Below, in pieces: positions 1 through 13,214 of a DNA stretch of 64,000 nucleotides; position 1 is the first letter of the stretch; every line of letters starts with the position of its first letter. Under the pieces are notes generated by a model. The model was not told where the DNA came from. It ran no database searches and saw only the letters and a program-made list of their open reading frames with translations. The stretch spans positions 39,930,001 through 39,994,000 of the forward strand of contig CM119372.1 of NCBI GenBank assembly GCA_051294905.1, in the 5' to 3' direction. This DNA is from Botryllus schlosseri (lineage: Eukaryota). The position numbers and the translations under genes are program-made.

Positions 1-667
1 ATGGGGCCAGCCACAATGATTCGAGTACTCCGAAGTAGGCTACTGTGTAAGGCCCTGTAATCTTCGATTGGTATCTCGGCACACATATCATACAATACAA
101 ATCTAGACACGTTACTTGAAATGACATAATATCTGTAAAGATGTGATCAACCCACAGAATTTTCACTAATGCAATGAAATAGGCATGGTCGAAAAATTAC
201 CAAATTATCTCAATTGTGATGTAGAACTGGGATTACATTCTTTGTGGTAGCATAAAATCTGTTGTGACATGATAATGAGTGACACTTGACTTCAATCTTC
301 ATACTAAATGGAGAATTAAAATTTTCCCATCCCTACCAGCAAGGAAATACAATTGACAAATATTATTCTTGTATTGACAATGTGTGAAGGTGCCTTTTGA
401 TGTTTACATTCAAGGTGAGCTATATAGAGGCGAGTATTATCATATGTTCACATCAACTCACAATTAATACAATATTTCTATTTTAGAAGCAAATAAAACC
501 TAGTACATTACCCCTGGTTCTTTTGTTATATCCTAACCTTTCAAAATATCCTTCAGCACTGTGGAAAGGATGTGTTCATTCAGGTCCACTACAAAGGTGT
601 CATGCTGTGTCTGTTAGTTCATCACTTCAACAGCGGCAAATAGTCTGAGATGTGGTCATCGCTCATC

Positions 668-1161
668 GGACTTGTACTAATGACTGGATGTTCATAATGG
701 GCTACTGGAACTAAACCTAGACTTCGAACCGAGACCTACTCATTTTTCAAAACTAGAGCTAGTCACTTTGCAAAACTCGCAACTGGAACTAGAATTAACA
801 ACCTTGAAAAGCCGCAACTAACTAACTGGAACACAACTCCATAGACTATATATTCAATTCCGAAATATCTCAATTCATTTTCATTTTATCGGAATCGAAA
901 CAACTTTCCACATGAACATCGGTACAAGTTTGAAATTATAGATGTTCCGTCCCTCAAAACCCACCCCCTGGCTACGCCACTGTTAGTGCTGATGACTCTG
1001 AGCTAGCCATGGCTAGTTTGCAAAGTTTTCAAAATCCGCAACCAGAACCAAACTACTTCAAAAAATATGCGGCTATAACTAGAAGTAGTGGAAAAACCCA
1101 ATAGGCTCACCTGGGTAGTTAGTTTACCATCAACTATCTAGATTGGTAGTTTGTACAAGTC
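668..1161. mobile_element. MITE family A (TIR ~CAGACTTGTACAAACTAC; internal degenerate AACTAGAACT tandem units); other copies about 5640-5950, 16532-18245, 19094-19800, 23532-23965, 52355-52450, 58328-58735
   Basis: Shared terminal GACTTGTAC...GTACAAGTC and shared internal CTACGCCACTGTTAGC block. Confidence 0.7.
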
Positions 1162-2039
1162 TTTTCTACATGTAATGTAGCCTATAGCCTAACGTCCAAT
1201 GCCTATTGTACCAACAAGATACTTTGGTTATTTGAGCTTAGAGAATGATTGTTATTATCACTCACATCGAAATAATGGCAGTTTTCTGTTTCATTAATCG
1301 AATACTCTGCATATATCCTCAATGCCTCAGCTACATATAGCCCAGTAGGCTTATCTTATCATTCAAAGATGCTCTTTCCAACTACTGCACTTGAATAGAT
1401 ATTAATCATATTCTAATCTAGTGATGCTAATTTGAAAATTGTCTCCTTAATTAAGGACAGGTAGCATTTGGGATGACATAGTCCATATGTGTTTTGTGAC
1501 AAAATAATGTTCGCTATTGTTTTTCAAGTTATATTTACGCAATTTTATGGCCTTGTCCCTAGCACTGCAGTATTTGTGAAATTTTGTCAACTAGATAGGT
1601 TGCTGGTGCCGTTGTTTGTTGATATAAAATGTTCTTGTCATCTTGTGCACCAAGTCATAGCTACTGAATCATTGCCTTATTCACGATGTAGTCTGCATGA
1701 TGCAAATACCTCTGCTGTGCAAACAGCTACTCTATAGGTTGATATCCAAACATCTGTTATATAATCTTTATGGCACTGTCGGTCATTTTTTGTTGCTTCT
1801 GAAGTTTGTAGCTACATTTTGTGATGTTGTCTGGACATATGGTGACATATTTTGTTGACATTTCCAATGGTGTGTATTCTATCATAATGCTTGTAATCTG
1901 CTTCAGAATGCATTTCATGCATCTCTGTCGGGTTGGTGACTATTTGCTTGATTTCACACCAGATTAGATCAAACCTTAGGACTATAGTATTATACATACT
2001 TCATCTTTAAATGTGATGAAGGCATAAAACCGGCCTAAC

Positions 2040-2394
2040 TAGTATGGAGACTTATTTGACTGGATAATTCTCGTTGTTCAATTAGACTAATTAGCCTGTC
2101 TGTCGTCTAATTCTAATCTAATTTGTGTAATGTTTGTATGCTTTTGATTCTGAATGAATTTCTGGTTTTTCTGAAAATGCTACAAGAGGAATGTATAGTG
2201 TTAAACGAGTCTAGCTCGGTTTACAGACATTTGCCGTGGTCGTGCTTATGTGAACGAACTCTGGTTTAATATGAACTAAGCTTATTCGTTGTACTTTGTA
2301 ATTCAGAATTGAATTCAATTTCCGAGTTTCTTACGAATCAAGTAGTTATAATTCTAATCTAATTTGAAAAGGCATTTTCTAGTTTTCCAAGTCT
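2040..2394. mobile_element. Most abundant repeat, family I (TTCTAATCTAATTTG ... AAACGAGCCAAGCT ... ACAGACATTTGCCATTCTC ... GAATTGAATTCAAT); copies also near 12960, 18565, 26110, 28400, 47600, 49460, 51225, 54290, 55240, 56380, 57640, 60130, 60825, 61340, 61765, 63140
   Basis: Recurrent ~300-bp consensus on both strands with AGACTTGGAC/GTCCAAGT ends. Confidence 0.75.
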
Positions 2395-2562
2395 GCTAGT
2401 ATTGTAAACAGTTTGGTAACATGATTTTATTGGTTGTTGCCATTCTATAGTTCTCTACCCTTGAATACCAGTATTGACGGCAAATTTGAAATCCCATTGT
2501 GTTGTTTCATTGCTGAAACGTGCTTTTGTTGGTATAAATCAAGAATTTTCCTTCTATTTCAG

Positions 2563-2634
2563 TATCATGCTCGGCCGATATGACAATCAAATTATGGGAC
2601 TTTCAAGGATTCGAATGTATGAAAACGTTGCACG
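2563..2634 (+). CDS. PAFAH1B1: LIS1 exon ([23 protein letters not shown])
   Basis: tttcag acceptor, gtacgg donor; phase 1 to 1. Confidence 0.93.
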
Positions 2635-5600
2635 GTACGGCAGTGTTTTATTTATTGAAGATCGTGGCGTAGATTCAATATTTGCTCGCCACAAAGTTTT
2701 ATTCATTACCGTTAGGAATTCCGGGTTTGGTTGTCAAACACACTGACATAAAAATTTCACTCTCCATTTTTTCTATGAAGAAAAACACCTTGTTATTGTT
2801 TAAAATGTGTTTTGTTGTTGCTATCACTCCTCAAAACTGTTTTAAAGTACATTTACTCTACCAATAGAGGGCACCACTTTGTTGTTGGCTCTTGGCACAA
2901 AGTGCGACGAAATAGGCATGGTCGAAAAAATCTTTAATCTTTAATGTGATGTACTTGTGAATTAAGTTGCTCATTGGCCAAGAAAATTTAGCGAAATGCT
3001 AGTAGAAGTATGACCCCCTTGAAATCTTTCTGAATTACAGAATATGAACCCTCCTCCCTCCAGGATTCTGAATAGTATATCGATACACTGAATTAAAAGT
3101 ATGCGTGGGCATTGCAGCATTTTAACAGATTATACGACTCCTACTTTATGACTTCAGCCTGTGATATTTAATAATTGATGCAGGTTGCAGATGGTCGCCG
3201 GTCACAGATATTGTTGAACGCAACTGTATATCAGCAATTCGCCCAGTGCTATTTGTTCATTGGAACTTTAATCTCCATATGCAGCGTTGAGTGACATACA
3301 TATCTGTGGTAATAACCACAGAAACATTGTACACGTTTTATCATGATTATTTTAGTTTATTTCTGCTGAATTTATACCGTTGAATAGTATGTTGATGTTG
3401 AAATGAACCCGAATATTTTCGGCTGACACTCGTCAGGGGTAATCGCCAGCAACTAATTGGATAGACCATCGTATATCGAAAGTTGTATCAGAAAAGACGA
3501 CCTCACCGGGATACGATTTTCGTTATACAATGTTTATTTCAATTCTCTACTAATTGCTGAAGTGTGTCATCTGTTTTATTTCAATATCAATATACTATTC
3601 TGAGTGATACTGCCAGATCTGTCCGTTGTGCAGGGGCTACCCACTGTTGATAACACACTGTCAAACATGTGCTTTTCAGGCCATGATCACAACGTGTCCT
3701 CTGTATGCTTCATGCCCAACGGCGACCATATTGTATCAAGCAGTCGCGACAAGACTATCAAGTTATGGGAAGTGGCCACAGGGTAATTCAGCTTGTTTTA
3801 TGTTTCGTGCCTATAGAAACGTCTCCTAATTTGGACATCATATCATATTCAGGAAGAGATGGTTAAACAAGTCATCGTTGTTACTAGAGCAGAAGTAGAC
3901 GTAATGGCATGAAGTTTTGCGCAATTACAAGTAGAAGTAGCCATTTCGAAAACATGGCCAAGCTATTTCAACAAGAGTTGGAAAGTGAGATGTCTCAATT
4001 CTCAAAGGCACTGAGGCTACTCCTGCTTGAGTAAATAGTTTATAGAAGTAAATCGTCACATACTTTGAACATAGTCAATTGGAGAGTACTGAAACCTGGT
4101 TTTCATGACAATTTCAGTCGCGAGAGTAATACACACCTATTTCGAACTACTTTTTGCTTCGCAAAATCCAACATGTATAAAGCAACTATTTTGCCTAAAA
4201 ACTGTTTGTTGAGGTTTAAGTTGTGTCTAAAACATGACCTAAAAATAAAAAAATTTGAAAAAGCCGGGTTGAGATTGGCCGCCAAAAATGAAGTACTGCT
4301 GCCATGATTTTGGGTCCTCCTAACTTCTAGTGGCTGTGCGATTTCACCAGACGAGCCATGAAATAGCTAGTTTTTCCATATTTTGATAACCCCCTATACT
4401 ACAAAGCTGTAGAAGTAAAATGTTTCTATCTCATATCTCATAGAACTAAGTCTTAAATTGACAAGGATTGAAGTCGCAAGCAAAGTACTAATTTTTTCTG
4501 CTGAAATTGATGCGGTGAATTGCAGCCCAGTGTATCAAAAGTCTATTATTGATCTTAGTACTGTGAAACATACCCTATCAAGTCAACTTCTAGCATACAT
4601 ACGGCTGGGGCTGAGAATAGCGACTCTTAGAACTGCATGTTAGCAGTAAAAGCATCCCTAACACCTCGCGGCGTGGTGAAACATATGGTGGCATGATAGA
4701 TGTGAATGTTTGTGAATTATCGCAGGTATTGTATCAAGACTTACATGGGGCACAGAGACTGGGTTCGGATGACGCGGCCAAATATTGACGGAAGTCTTCT
4801 TGCCAGCTGTTCCAATGATCAAACGGTTGGTATTCTACAGTGTTGATCAGACAATGTCTAAATATCAAGGGCTGGCCAATATCCAGGACCCGCGTGATTC
4901 CATTCTGAATCGAGTATCATTCATGATGACGTCATAACAGTATGAATGATGTGGAAAGTTGAAATATGTGACCGCAAATAATATAATGCCGGTTCTACTC
5001 ATCACTCTAAAGATGATTTAGTGTTTTTTGACTATTCCTATTTCTTTGCACTTTGTGAAAATGCTGTGAGTCATCATGACTTAACAGATATGTGATTCCA
5101 GTAACGTGCATAGCTTTGTAATACATGTTTCGTATGCTGCGATATGACCAATCAAGGTTTCAATCTTTAACTTTAGGTTAGGTATCAATGTATGCGGTAT
5201 CATATCAGCCTGTGATCAAACGAAGTGCAGCGTTCTGCAGTTGATCACTGACAAGATATTTTGCATATTTTGAGCCCAGGAGGTCTGGCACCTTGAAATC
5301 GAATACTTCCTGGTCTTACTCTGCTGGCTTGCGGGGATGAACAGTGGATCTGTGCCTCTTTTAGATGCCCTGAGCTACAATATGTTAAGATATGTTGGCA
5401 TTAGGAATCCGAGTATATCCGTAGTTCGATTACATGCGTGATCTGAATTTCCTTTCAGATTCGTATCTGGGTGACGTCTACATCGGAATGTAAAGCAGAA
5501 TTGCGAGACCATTCGCATGTGGTTGAGTGCGTCTCGTGGGCACCGCAGACATCCTATCCTAATATATGTGAAGCCGCTGAAATGGAGGTAAAATTTGAGT

Positions 5601-8600
5601 TTGCGTTCATGGCTAAGCTAATGGTAAGTTTCAGTTGGGGCTGATCAGAATAAACCACCCCCGACTACGCCACTGTTTGCAGTGATGACTCTGAGGTGGC
5701 AATGTCTGCAAGAATATCACAAAACAGAACACCGGTATCGCGAATCATGACAAACGATGACACATATTTTCTAATTGCTCGGCAACTAAGTTTGTAAAAT
5801 GCCCAATTCTTCAAAACGTGCCACTAGAACTGCTCACTTTAAAAACGCACAATCAGCTACTGCAACTATCACATATTAAAAGTCGTACCGTAGCTAGAAG
5901 TAGAACTAGTCGCTTTTCAAAATGCGCAACTAGAACTCTTGTCAAAACCTGTAGTCCAGGGGCGGCCAACCCGTGGCCCGCGAGAAGGTTTTGAGTGGCC
6001 CGCGAGGTAATTTACGTTATCGTAGGGCAAGTTTTTGTTGCAGTTAAATCGGTGGAAAGTTGCATTTATTCATTTATTTTCGAAAAAAGTTGCAGAAGTT
6101 GTATTTTGACCACATTATGCTCGGTTGACTAAAAAAAAGGTCAATTTTCCGGTTCAGCTTCCAAAATACCCGTAAAAGCGTTACTTCGGTGCTGATTTAC
6201 GGTGTTTCAGTCGAATTTGGCCGTGTATTTCACCAAAATCGAAAATACTTTCATGAAAAATCGAAAAAGTTGCAAAATGTTGCATGAAAAATAAGGACAA
6301 AAGTTGCAAAAAGTTGCACTATAAGATTCCTTCAAACAGATTAAAACAGCATTCTACATATGTTACGAGTATTTAGGAAGCTGTAAGAAAAAGTTGCAAA
6401 ACTTGCTCTAGTTATCAGTTATAATATCGAAAAATAAATTAGCCAGGTAATTTTTGTGAACTTGCAGGACCAACCAAAAATTTGATTAGCCTGGCCGCTA
6501 AATACTGGATTCCGATGACTAAAATATCAGTTCCGATGCATTGGCGTCGCCAGGAACCAGCCGCGTTTTTCGTAGATCTTCGTATATGACCATGAGGTGT
6601 AATATTTCGTGGCAGATTTATTTGACTTGAATTCGTCTTAGCTCTTTGCGCGATTTATTGTCACTCGATTACTTGCTTTTAGTATTGGGACTCCTCCTGA
6701 AAATTAAAATACGTCCAATTTACAGGATTGAGTCTATCTATATTCGCAACCTGTGGTCCAACATGCGACTTAGCGTCTACACCAGCAGAAATATTTTCGT
6801 CAATGAAACCTTGGCACAAAATGATAGACACATGTTCGCCGAAATCTTCGATATTGATATGTCCAGGCTCCGAATAATCCATTCTTTGCTAAATGAGCCC
6901 AGCGGTATATGAAAGTACCATTATTATTGACAAATCATTAACTATGAAAAATTTTCACGCCTTGCGCGGCTAGATCATTGATGTACACTGGGTTTTAATG
7001 ACATAGTTTTCATCATTACCTAATTCGGTTCGCTCTTATTGGACGACTACTAAAAGGTCATCAATTTTCTAGTGGCCTGCGCAATAGTTCGTAAGTCTCG
7101 TGTGGCCCTTTAGCCGAAAAGGTTGGCCACCCCTGCTGAAGTCAGTTGGCCTTCAACGAACTACATTGCTGACTTGATGTTATCAAGAACTTACATCAAT
7201 TGCACTCATAGTGGATAACGAATAATTTCGATTGAACTTTTCAGAGACGCAACGACACAAAAGTGGGTCCCTTCCTCGTGTCCGGGTCCAGGGACAAGTC
7301 CATCCGCATCTGGGACATCTCCATACAGCAATGCGTCGTGGTGCTGACGGGTCACGACAACTGGGTGAGGGGGGTCGCGTTTCACCCGCGTGGCAAGTAC
7401 CTGCTCAGCGCTTCGGACGACAAGACCTTGAGAGTGTGGGACGTGAAGGGCAAACGATGCCACAAAACGCTGGCCGCCCACGAACACTTCGTAACTACCT
7501 TGGGTGAGTCGATAGCTAGTATTCTACTCTTGGACCGATTTGAGATTTTGTTGAATGCAGCTTTATTGTGTTAGTCAGGGTGGTCAATTATTTTTTCACC
7601 ATAATTTCTGCTTTCATTTTCAGTCTTTTATGATTTATTTTCTTATCTTTTCATTTTCAGTATTTATGTTTGGACTTTCGCACTCAAGGTTTTACGTCAA
7701 CGGTTTCAGGATTTTTTCAAATTGGGAGTCATCATGTAGGTCAGGGGTCGGCAATTATTTTTCCCCACAAATTTTTTCATATATATTTATCTATATTTGT
7801 CTTTTTACATTTGTTCTGGATTTATTACCTGCTGCACAGGTTGTCCAGCCTTTTTATATTTTTTATTATCTAATTTTCATTTCTTCTTGCTTGAACCTAG
7901 AAGTAGGAGAACATATCTTCGTTCCAAAACCACTTTTCTGACGTTCATTTTCTACTTCTACTTGAAGACTAGGTTCTGTAAATAACTTCCACTACATGTA
8001 ATCGAGTAGGCATTTACATTGATTCGTTAGAAAGACTTTGCGTAACATTTTTGACCTCGGATCAGCTAAATTGCAGGCTTGTAATGACTCGAGTCGCGAT
8101 ATTTTGGTGACTCGACTTGACTCGAGTCAATTTTTCAAATGCGTAAAATGACTCGAGTCGAGTCAATTTTTGTATATGACTCGACTTGTACTCGAGTCAC
8201 CGTGCATGACTCGAACCAAGTCATATGACTCGAGACTAGGACGGCCAAGACAGCCATTTCAATGTAACTTCAAAGAATAGTAAAGTTACCGCACGGTTGG
8301 TATTTCATCTATCAGTTCTGATACTTTGAAAATAGGGCCAGAAACTGTTGGGACTGAGGAAAATTACCAAGTTATGAATGCGAGCCATTCTGTATCGCTC
8401 GAGCAGAGTTGAAAAAGTGGATTGAACTTGAAACGGAACAGTAAACACAATGACTTGGACCCGAGTCACAATACTATGACTCGGAATAGACCCTCTACTT
8501 CTCAAACTTTTTAAGGCGCGCCCCCGTTATCCTCATAACACAAAATGCAACCAGAATGCTAGCAATTCAAACGGATAGTTTGATGGCATGGAAGGTTGTG

Positions 8601-10092
8601 ACTGTTGATGAGAGTGCTCTCCAATATGAAATGAGGACTATACACAGAGCAAAACCGTGAATTGGAGGCAAATCACGTAAACCGTGACAATTTTTTTCAC
8701 TTAACCGCGGCTTCGCACCCCACTTCATATGCTTTGGGGAATGTTACGTGTGTTGTAAATTGCCACTTTTTTCTGCTAAACTTCTCTCTACCAATCTGTT
8801 CTACAAGATTCGTGTAATGGTACCGAAGTAAAAGCGACTATAAAGCAGTGTTGGGATCAAGTCACTACCTTCGAGTCACAAGTCATTTCGAGTCGTTAAA
8901 CATTTTGACTCGAGTCAAGTCAAGTCATTCGATTTTTCAACGTGACTCGAGTCAAGTCACAATTCAAGTCAAGTTGCCTTTTCGAAGTATGAGGCATGAT
9001 TACGTCATTACATTTTGCTAGATGTCTAATACAGATTGAATGGTCATTGATTTTGAACCGATGAACGAATATAGAGTTGAATATATACACGCAAGAAGGC
9101 GCTGTATCGCTCACATATATACGTAAAACTGTTATACTACGTAATTATTCGCATATCCAAAGTTTAAAGTTACCAGCCAAAATAGAGAATAGAGAAAGTA
9201 ATTAATAAGATGCAATACATTACCCACTCACATATTGATATGATACAATTCGAGCCTGTGCCAATGGTTGAGGACTCTATAAACTTTATTCGAATTCAAT
9301 TTCAATAAAACAAGATGTTTGGTTATGGTAAGAACAGAGAACAGAAATAGAATTTGCCATTAAATTACTTTACTTCTAGTTTACGGCAACATAAGTTGTA
9401 AGAATCCATCACTTCGTTTGTGGTAAATTTATTTGTAAGAGAACAATAGAGCCTCAGTGAAACGTACGATCATTGAATGATTGGTCGCTCTTACAAGTTG
9501 CACCAGGGTTTCGCGAACAATCCGAACGTATGCAAGATACACGGATTTTTATCGACACCGATTACTTGATGACTTGAAATTGACTCGTGAATTTTGCTCC
9601 GAGTCACGAGTCAATCCATATTTCTGATACGCCAAGTCAGGTCAAGTCATTTTAGCAAAGTGACTCGAGTCATACGAAAAAGGTGACTCGAGTCAAGTCA
9701 TGACTCGAGTCATCCCAACACTGCTATGAAGCGGGCACAGCCTTATATGAGTTTATTGTCAATTGTTACACAGAACGTCATTGTTTCACTGTGATCACTC
9801 ATCTTGTGCTAAAACGAAGTACTGTTTATTGTGTCATAACCTAACGATATGAATTGTGAACCTGTGTTCGAATGGAGAGCATGTTTTATATGCAATCTTT
9901 ACTTTTGTTCCATTCGAAAGCACTTTGGTCAAATTAAGGGGTTGTTCCGGTTATCCGGTATTCGAATTGAACCAAGTCGACTGTATTTTGTGAATTTTTT
10001 ATATCTTGTATTTTTCAGATGTCCACCCAACAGCACCGTACGTCATAACAGGAAGTGTCGATTTACTAGCCAGAGTGTGGGAGTGTCGCTAG
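2563..10092 (+). CDS. PAFAH1B1: Lissencephaly-1 homolog (WD40 dynein regulator), 3' part; join(2563..2634,3680..3782,4726..4825,5459..5587,7245..7503,10019..10092); 5' exons not found in window
   Basis: Six GT-AG exons with compatible phases splice to ...[32 protein letters not shown]...GHRDWVRM...[11 protein letters not shown]...[32 protein letters not shown], closely matching the LIS1 C-terminal WD repeats ending in VWECR. Confidence 0.96.
3680..3782 (+). CDS. PAFAH1B1: LIS1 exon ([35 protein letters not shown])
   Basis: ttttcag acceptor, gtaatt donor; inside ORF 3604..3786. Confidence 0.95.
4726..4825 (+). CDS. PAFAH1B1: LIS1 exon ([33 protein letters not shown])
   Basis: cgcag acceptor, gttggt donor; phase 2 to 0. 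Confidence 0.93.
5459..5587 (+). CDS. PAFAH1B1: LIS1 exon ([43 protein letters not shown])
   Basis: cctttcag acceptor, gtaaaa donor; phase 0 to 0. Confidence 0.93.
5957..7135. mobile_element. Non-autonomous hAT element family E (TIR CAGGGGCGGCCAACC); copies at 11853..12579, 25258..26105, 47026..47597
   Basis: 8-bp TSDs ctgtagtc/ctgaagtc; ggttaagg/ggttaagg; aagtagac/aattagac. Confidence 0.85.
7245..7503 (+). CDS. PAFAH1B1: LIS1 exon ([18 protein letters not shown]...HEHFVTTL)
   Basis: ttttcag acceptor, gtgagt donor; ORF 7263..7574. Confidence 0.95.
8846..9723. mobile_element. Non-autonomous hAT element family F (TIR CAGTGTTGGGAT, subterminal GACTCGAGTC palindromes)
   Basis: TSD ctataaag/ctatgaag; second copy at 11410..12960. 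Confidence 0.85.
10019..10092 (+). CDS. PAFAH1B1: LIS1 last coding exon ([24 protein letters not shown])
   Basis: tttttcag acceptor, TAG at 10090-10092. Confidence 0.94.
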
Positions 10093-10456
10093 CATCGGAA
10101 CCGAGTCTGGCGCGCTTTAGTCACCGTTTCAAATTAGAATCTACGGGCTAAACCCCACCACCGAGTGACTGAATACGGCTTTTTTCCTCAGGCCCGCCCC
10201 GCTTTGAAACCTTACTAGATAAATGTGTCGTTGATTGTTCGCTTGTGATCGGTTGTGTTTACGTGTGTCGCGATATCCGCTTTTTTTCGAACATGCACTA
10301 TTATATCGAGTGTTTTTAAACACCGCCGGTAGAATCATGGAGTTTCCCACCTGAAAATTTGTGAACGAAAATACGGTAGAAGCGTGCCTCTACAATGTCG
10401 GGAAACAGATCCGGGTCCGCGCCTTTGTTATTTCCGAGTGCTAGGTGGTTTGCAGT

Positions 10457-10950
10457 TGGGGCTGGCTGATATCAAGTACCTGAGTGATACCATTCTGGAT
10501 TGAGCAATCTAATATCGCATGTTTTGATCCTATAACAATATGGATGATGTGGAAAGTTCAAACGCGTACCTTTTATGCGGCCACAAAGAGTATAATACCA
10601 GTTCTACATCACATCAAAGGTAATGCGGTATTTGTTCGACCATGCCTATTTTACTGCACTTTGTGACAATGCAGTGGGTCGATCACGACTTTACAGATAT
10701 GTCATTTCCAGTAACGTGTGTTGCTCTGTACTACATGTTTCGTATGCTGCGATACGGCCAATCGGGGTTTACAGCCTCCCACAGTGGAATATTGTATCGA
10801 AACTATAATTTACTCTGATAAATTATCTCTTGATGGCAGGGAGAGTATCATTTCAGTGCTCGAAACAAATATCTCTCACTACTCAACCGGAATCATTAGA
10901 AGGAATACTCCATTCAGACTCGAGTGCTCGGATCATTGTGCCCAGCCCTG
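10457..10950. mobile_element. MITE family H (GGGCTGG...CCAGCCC; core GTATCGCAGCATACGAAACATG); copies near 2-300, 2895, 4868-5180, 50400-50790, 53430-53830, 59275-59650, 62390-62780
   Basis: Repeated core on both strands; this copy lies in the probable LIS1 3' UTR. Confidence 0.75.
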
Positions 10951-11409
10951 GATTTGAATATATTATACTGCCGCTGCACTTTGAAATGTAACGTGGAGAC
11001 CATCAGCTGCTACTGCGTCTGACGTGCGTAACTTGAGTTATCAAGTATATCTGTATCGTAAACCTGCTTGTATTTATTAACGGTGTTGTGACTCCTGTTC
11101 GTCTTCGGAAATCCACGTATCGGGCGGAAGAGTATTAAAATTCAGGCTTGAGTCGCGTCGAGTAGGGTACTTCCGCTGAATTTTTCGCTGGTCTGTGGCG
11201 AGGACAAATTTTGTAGCATCTGCCATCGGTGTTGGTACTGTTGCATGTTTGCGGTTTGAAGCTTAATAAATTGAACCTTATATGTAAAAATGGTGGGTTC
11301 CGAAGACGTGTGTTGGGCAGGGAGCTGCTTTTTTTTAATTAGATTAGAATCGTAACGATAGCCACACGTTTTCTTTTCATATTGGATTAGCATTAGGATG
11401 ACTAAATTC

Positions 11410-12960
11410 CAGTGTTGGGATCAAGTCAATACCTTCGAGTCACGAGTCATTGCACATTTTGACTCGAGTCAAGTCAATCGATTTTCGAAGGTAACTCGAG
11501 TCAGGTCGAGTCACTTGATTTTTGGAGGTGACTCAAGTCAAGTCGCCTTTTCGAAGTAAGAGGCAAGATTACGTCATTGCATTTTTCTAGTTTGGATTAC
11601 AGGTTGAGTGGTCATTGATTTTGAACCAATGAACGAATATAGAGTTAAATATACAATATACATGCAAGAAGGCGATGTATCGCTCACATATGCGTAGAAC
11701 TGTTAAACTGCGCCTCAGTTTGTAGTTACCAGCCAAAATAGAGAAACAAATTGATAAGATACCCATTTACAAATAGTTATGATACAATTCGAGCCTACGC
11801 CAATGGTTGAGAACTATATTCAATTTCAATAAAACAAGAGGTTTGGTTAAGGCAGGGCTGGCCAACCTTTTCAGCAAAAGGGCCACATTCGATTGACGAA
11901 CTGTTGCGCGGGCCACTAGCCGCGCGAAGCGCGAATTTTTTTTTAAGTTAACAGATCAATAATATTGTCACCTGACTATATTGCGGGCTTGCTGTATATC
12001 GCTGGGCTCAGTTTGCAAGGACTGGGCTATTGGCGTCTGGACATATCGATATCGAAAGTTTCAACCAACATGCGTCAATCATTTTGTGCCCAAGGTTCAT
12101 AGTCGACGGTCTTTCTGCGAGTGCAAACGCAAAGTCGCATATGTTGAACGACACTCTGTCTCGCAATCGCGAATATAGTTAGATTCAATCTGATACATTA
12201 GGCGTTCTTTCATTTTCACACAGGGATATCTAGAGCTCTCTATATCCCTGTTTTCACAAAGGGGCAACAACATTAAAAGCAAGAAATCGAGTGATAACAT
12301 GTTGCGCGAAGCGTGTAGAAAAATTTTACTTTTGATAAATCTGTCGCAAATTATTCTGCTTTATTGTAGCCTACGAAGATCTACCAACATGTGACTGGCT
12401 CATGGATCTGCCAATGCGTCGGAACTGATATTTTAGTCATCACAGCTCAAGTGTTGCGGCCATATAGCCTACTAATCAAATTTTGGTTGGCCTCACAAGT
12501 TCACAATCTGTGCAATCCATTTTTGATAACATTAGAAATTTCGGAAATTACCTCGCGGGCCACGGGTTGGCCGGTCTTGGGTTAAGGGGAGAACAGAAAT
12601 AGGCGTTTTGCTATGTCATTACTTTATTACTATAGAGTTACGACAACGTAAGCTGTAAGCTTCGATCACTTCGTCTGCGGTAAATCTATTTGTGAGAGAA
12701 CAATCGAGGCTCAATGAAACGCACGATCATCGAAAGATTGGTCGCTCTCACGGGTACACCAGCGTTTTGCGAACAATCCGAACATATGCAAGATAGGCTA
12801 TAGTGATTTCTATCGACACCGATTACTTGATGACTTAAAATTGACTCGTATATTTTGCTCACGAGTCAACCCACATTTCTGATACGCCGAGTCAAGTCAA
12901 GTCAAGTCATGCGAATAGGGTGACTCGAGTCAAGTCATGACTCGAGTCATCCCATCACTG
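11410..12960. mobile_element. Family F copy with a nested family E element (11853..12579)
   Basis: Outer TSD ctaaattc/gtaaattc; inner exact TSD ggttaagg. Confidence 0.85.
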
Positions 12961-13214
12961 GTAAATTCGCACAAAAATGCAATTCCTAATTAGGAAGATA
13001 TACAACAAAAATCAAGTTCACTTCATGTCAAGCATGTGAATATAGCAAATGTCCTCGTACAGAGCTTGACTCGTTTCCCATGCTACAGTTATCCTGTAGA
13101 ATTTTCTGGGAAAGCAGAAATTAGATTAGAATGAAAATGAGAGCAAAACAACATTTCACAAACTAGATTAGAATTACATCACCACTTTTCCTCCAATTAA
13201 TCCACACACAACTA

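Noticed and set aside
1..2562. Expected upstream LIS1 exon (GHTDSVQD...)
   Set aside because: No matching coding segment could be found by eye; it probably lies before the window.
7555..7941. 128-aa hydrophobic ORF
   Set aside because: T-rich low-complexity LIS1 intron sequence; the F/I/L bias is compositional.
8080..9723. Regularly spaced palindromic GACTCGAGTC repeats (also AACTAGAACT and GTAATC arrays) resembling a CRISPR array
   Set aside because: No constant repeat with unique equal-length spacers, no cas genes, eukaryotic context; these are subterminal repeats of TIR elements.
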